Source: Jimgerdemannia flammicorona (taxonomy: Eukaryota). From it: 37,411 bases of DNA. The stretch spans positions 1 through 37,411 of the forward strand of contig RBNJ01000190.1 in the NCBI GenBank assembly GCA_003990765.1, read 5' to 3'. The notes below the pieces were generated by a model that was not told where the DNA came from, did not search any database, and worked only from the letters and a program-made list of their open reading frames with translations. The translations under genes were made by a program, and so were the position numbers. The first letter of the stretch is position 1, and each line of letters begins with the position of its first letter. Below are positions 34,800-37,411 of this stretch, piece after piece.

Positions 34800-35780
34800 G
34801 AAAGTCGGCCTAACAGCTTTATTATAAGAAATTAAAATCGACACGGGCAAGTAACTATATTCCGAACAAGGATCGACGCAATCCACGGAGATTAACATCG
34901 AGGAAGGGCACGAAAGCATGGCGGTTGTAGCACCGGGTATTAATGGACAACATGTGGTTGAAGAGGGGTTTATTAGAAACGACAGGAATGTCATCAAGCT
35001 TGTGATTTTCCTAAATTTGGTGCTCCGGAGGCTTACGTACAGGTCAAATGAGTATCGGCCGTGCATCTTAGCCAGCGCTATATCATTTGTAAGACAACGG
35101 CGCCTACGCTCAAGCCAAACGTTGGATCGAGAAGACTGAAGAGAACCGAAAGGAACGCGTTCTATAGTCGCGTGCAGTATATAGGGTAGCTCAGAAGAAC
35201 TCAAACGCTACTGGTTAAAATTAAATGTTCGGCCAGTTAGCGTGCTCATTTGTGGGGTCGTCAGTTAAAAACAAAATGAACTGTGTAACAAGGGAACGAT
35301 CGAAAAAAAGACATAACATCAAGAATATCTGGATGCAGTACGCTTTATAGAGCTCGCCTGATTTTCATTAAAGGATTATCAGTCATCCATTGTGATGGTT
35401 GGATAAACGCTGGAATACATCGCCGATAGGCCCCACCACGTGTATAGGTCGCCCACAAAAAGTGAATACTAAGTTATTTTCTCGAATATGTCATAATGTG
35501 TCATTCGAAATTCGGACATTCTTGATCTCGAAAGCCTTGCCGGCCTGAAAACAGTGCCTTGATCCGGAACGAAGGAGTTCAAGTCTCCCGCGTGGTACAC
35601 CAAATTACTCTGTTGAAAACAGCAAAATATATTCGCAAAAATGTATCTCCAATCTGTTAATTTTGTCACCGAAATTCGCGCTAACCGAGTCAAGTCGTTC
35701 GAAACTGGTGTCACCAATTTAACAAAACGAATTGCAAACTTGAATAATGGAACCACTCGTCATAAAATTGCAACATGAAC
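34800..35780 (+). pseudogene. Possible decayed intron-containing gene of unknown family
   Basis: Protein-like stretches broken by stops (e.g. DNGAYAQAKRWIEKTEENRKERVL*; SDILDLESLAGLKTVP*SGTKEFKSPAWYTKLLC*KQQNIFAKMYLQSVNFVTEIR) and intron-like segments; no recognisable motif. Confidence 0.25.
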
Positions 35781-36739
35781 AATGAGGGCTACGTAGTTGC
35801 TGTTTTACTTATGTTTATTGGAATCTAATGTGGGTCAGTGACCGCAAAAAATAGGTATCTGGAGGGGTAAAATAGCGCATATTTAGTATTTTCCCTTGGA
35901 ATGTTCAAAATATTGGAACCGCTTTGTTTTCGTTAGTGCCATCATCGTGGAGCGAAAGCAACGGCCGCCTAGGAACTCCGCACCCACCGCCTTGTTCCCC
36001 ACCTTCTCCAAATCCACGGCAATCTGGCAAATATCTACAACATTGATTATAGTTACTATTAATAATCTTCCCTGACATTCTCCACGAAGATCGCGGGAGA
36101 AAACGGAACGTAAAACGGTGCAAATGATCTTGGATTCTGCTCAGTCATCAAGGAACGGCTTAAAGCAACGGCTCGAAGCTTAGCATGACAAAGGTGTGTC
36201 GTTGCAGCGGCGATAAAGAATCAGGTGGGCAAAGGAAACGAGGCTGGAGAGAGCACAGCGAGCTACGATGCATCGCTACTCTTCTGCAGTTATTATCTGC
36301 CGAACACAGGGTACCGGTGTGCGCGTTGGGAACCCCGGCTCCGATTTGTTTGTGTAATTATTTGGCTAAGGACGTTTTTTGTTGATTTTGATATTCGAGA
36401 TTGGAATAAAATAATCCTAACTGCATCGCGTGACGTCTCGGCATACTTCGTTATTTATTTCGTTAAAAGTGATGTAACTATCCAGAAATATTCTTGTGAT
36501 CTTAGTGCCTGAAATTTATGGGCAAAATCCGAAAACTTTCTTCATTGTGGGACTACAGACGGGATTAACACTTTTTTTTATCTTCGCACTTGGTCACTCC
36601 TCTTGAGCTTTGTCCCAGAGGGAGAGCGGGGCAGGTCCGTCAGTTTTGCCGATGGTTGAGAAAGTAAAATAAACGAGCAATGCACCACACGTATGAGTTG
36701 TGAATGGAAGATAGGAGCTGGACTGGACACGGACAAAAG

Positions 36740-37376
36740 CCTAACACGGAACCGTTCCTCCATTTGTCATTGACTACTAACATCTCGTCGAAATCGAAAG
36801 TTCCGATTGTTACCGTACATCGTATCACGCTTCTCGGAACCGTCGTCTGGCATGAACTTCTATGAATTGAAATGCGAGTCCGCAAGGTTACTCACGTACA
36901 AGGAAAATGGTTCTAAAAACATATGCACATTGAGGAGCACGTATGGCATGACAGATGAGCGAGAACTACTGGGCATGCGGATGAGGGAAAGAAACGACTA
37001 ATAATCTTCGGTATAGGTGACCCTGAGTGACGCAGGGTTTTCCTAACCTTATACTGCAGAGTGACGTTACCAAGATGTACTCTTCTATAATAATCCAGGT
37101 TGTGGACTTGTAAAGCCAAATCCATCCGCACTGAGCCTTCGGCGCATCGATCCACTAGTCTCACTAATATGGTAGAGTGTACAAGCGATGATACCACATG
37201 TCTGGCCCAAGCAAAATAATACATTTGGATGTCATCATTCATTCCTCGGCCAGATAGTTACACAGCATGAGGTGTACGTCGTCGAAGGTCAGCGACGAAG
37301 GTCCGCGGAGCAAAGCTGATGCACTGAATCGGGTCGCAATAAGAAACACATGGCCAAGGAGTAGATACCTTGTATC
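36740..37376 (-). pseudogene. Possible exon remnants of a gene entering from the window edge
   Basis: Acceptor-like AACAG near 37377, ORF 36913-37242 with donor-like AAG|GTTAGG at ~37048 and acceptor TTTTAG at ~36913; frames do not join cleanly; no motif recognised. Confidence 0.25.
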
Positions 37377-37411
37377 TGTTATACATATGTTTTCAGAGAC
37401 GGGAAAAAAAA

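Overview
Eukaryotic, most likely fungal genomic DNA (short GT-AG introns; an early-diverging, Mucoromycota-like fungus is my inference, not proven). Two AT-rich, almost CpG-free blocks of dead transposons (1-12235 and ~17620-31350) alternate with two CpG-rich gene islands (~12240-17590 and ~31400-37411). Block 1 holds a full-length minus-strand Ty3/Gypsy element (1965-12235; LTRs 1965-3516 and 11053-12235; tRNA-Pro-like PBS) with the unusual order gag-PR-[~400-codon Cys/His insert]-dUTPase-RT-RNaseH-IN-ORF3. Block 2 holds an L1/Tx1-like LINE nested in a related LINE, plus a chromovirus integrase/chromodomain remnant. Five copies of a palindromic hAT-type MITE with 8-bp TSDs sit inside these elements. 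All TE sequence is saturated with C>T/G>A transitions (CpG, CpA and other contexts; RIP-like), and this damage fades over the last ~200 bp beside the gene island. The genes are a 3-exon secreted Ser/Thr-rich GPI-type protein, a 9-exon erythromycin-esterase-family gene broken by small deletions, and an F-box/LRR protein, plus probable gene remnants. All translations and counts were done by eye; no database searches were run.
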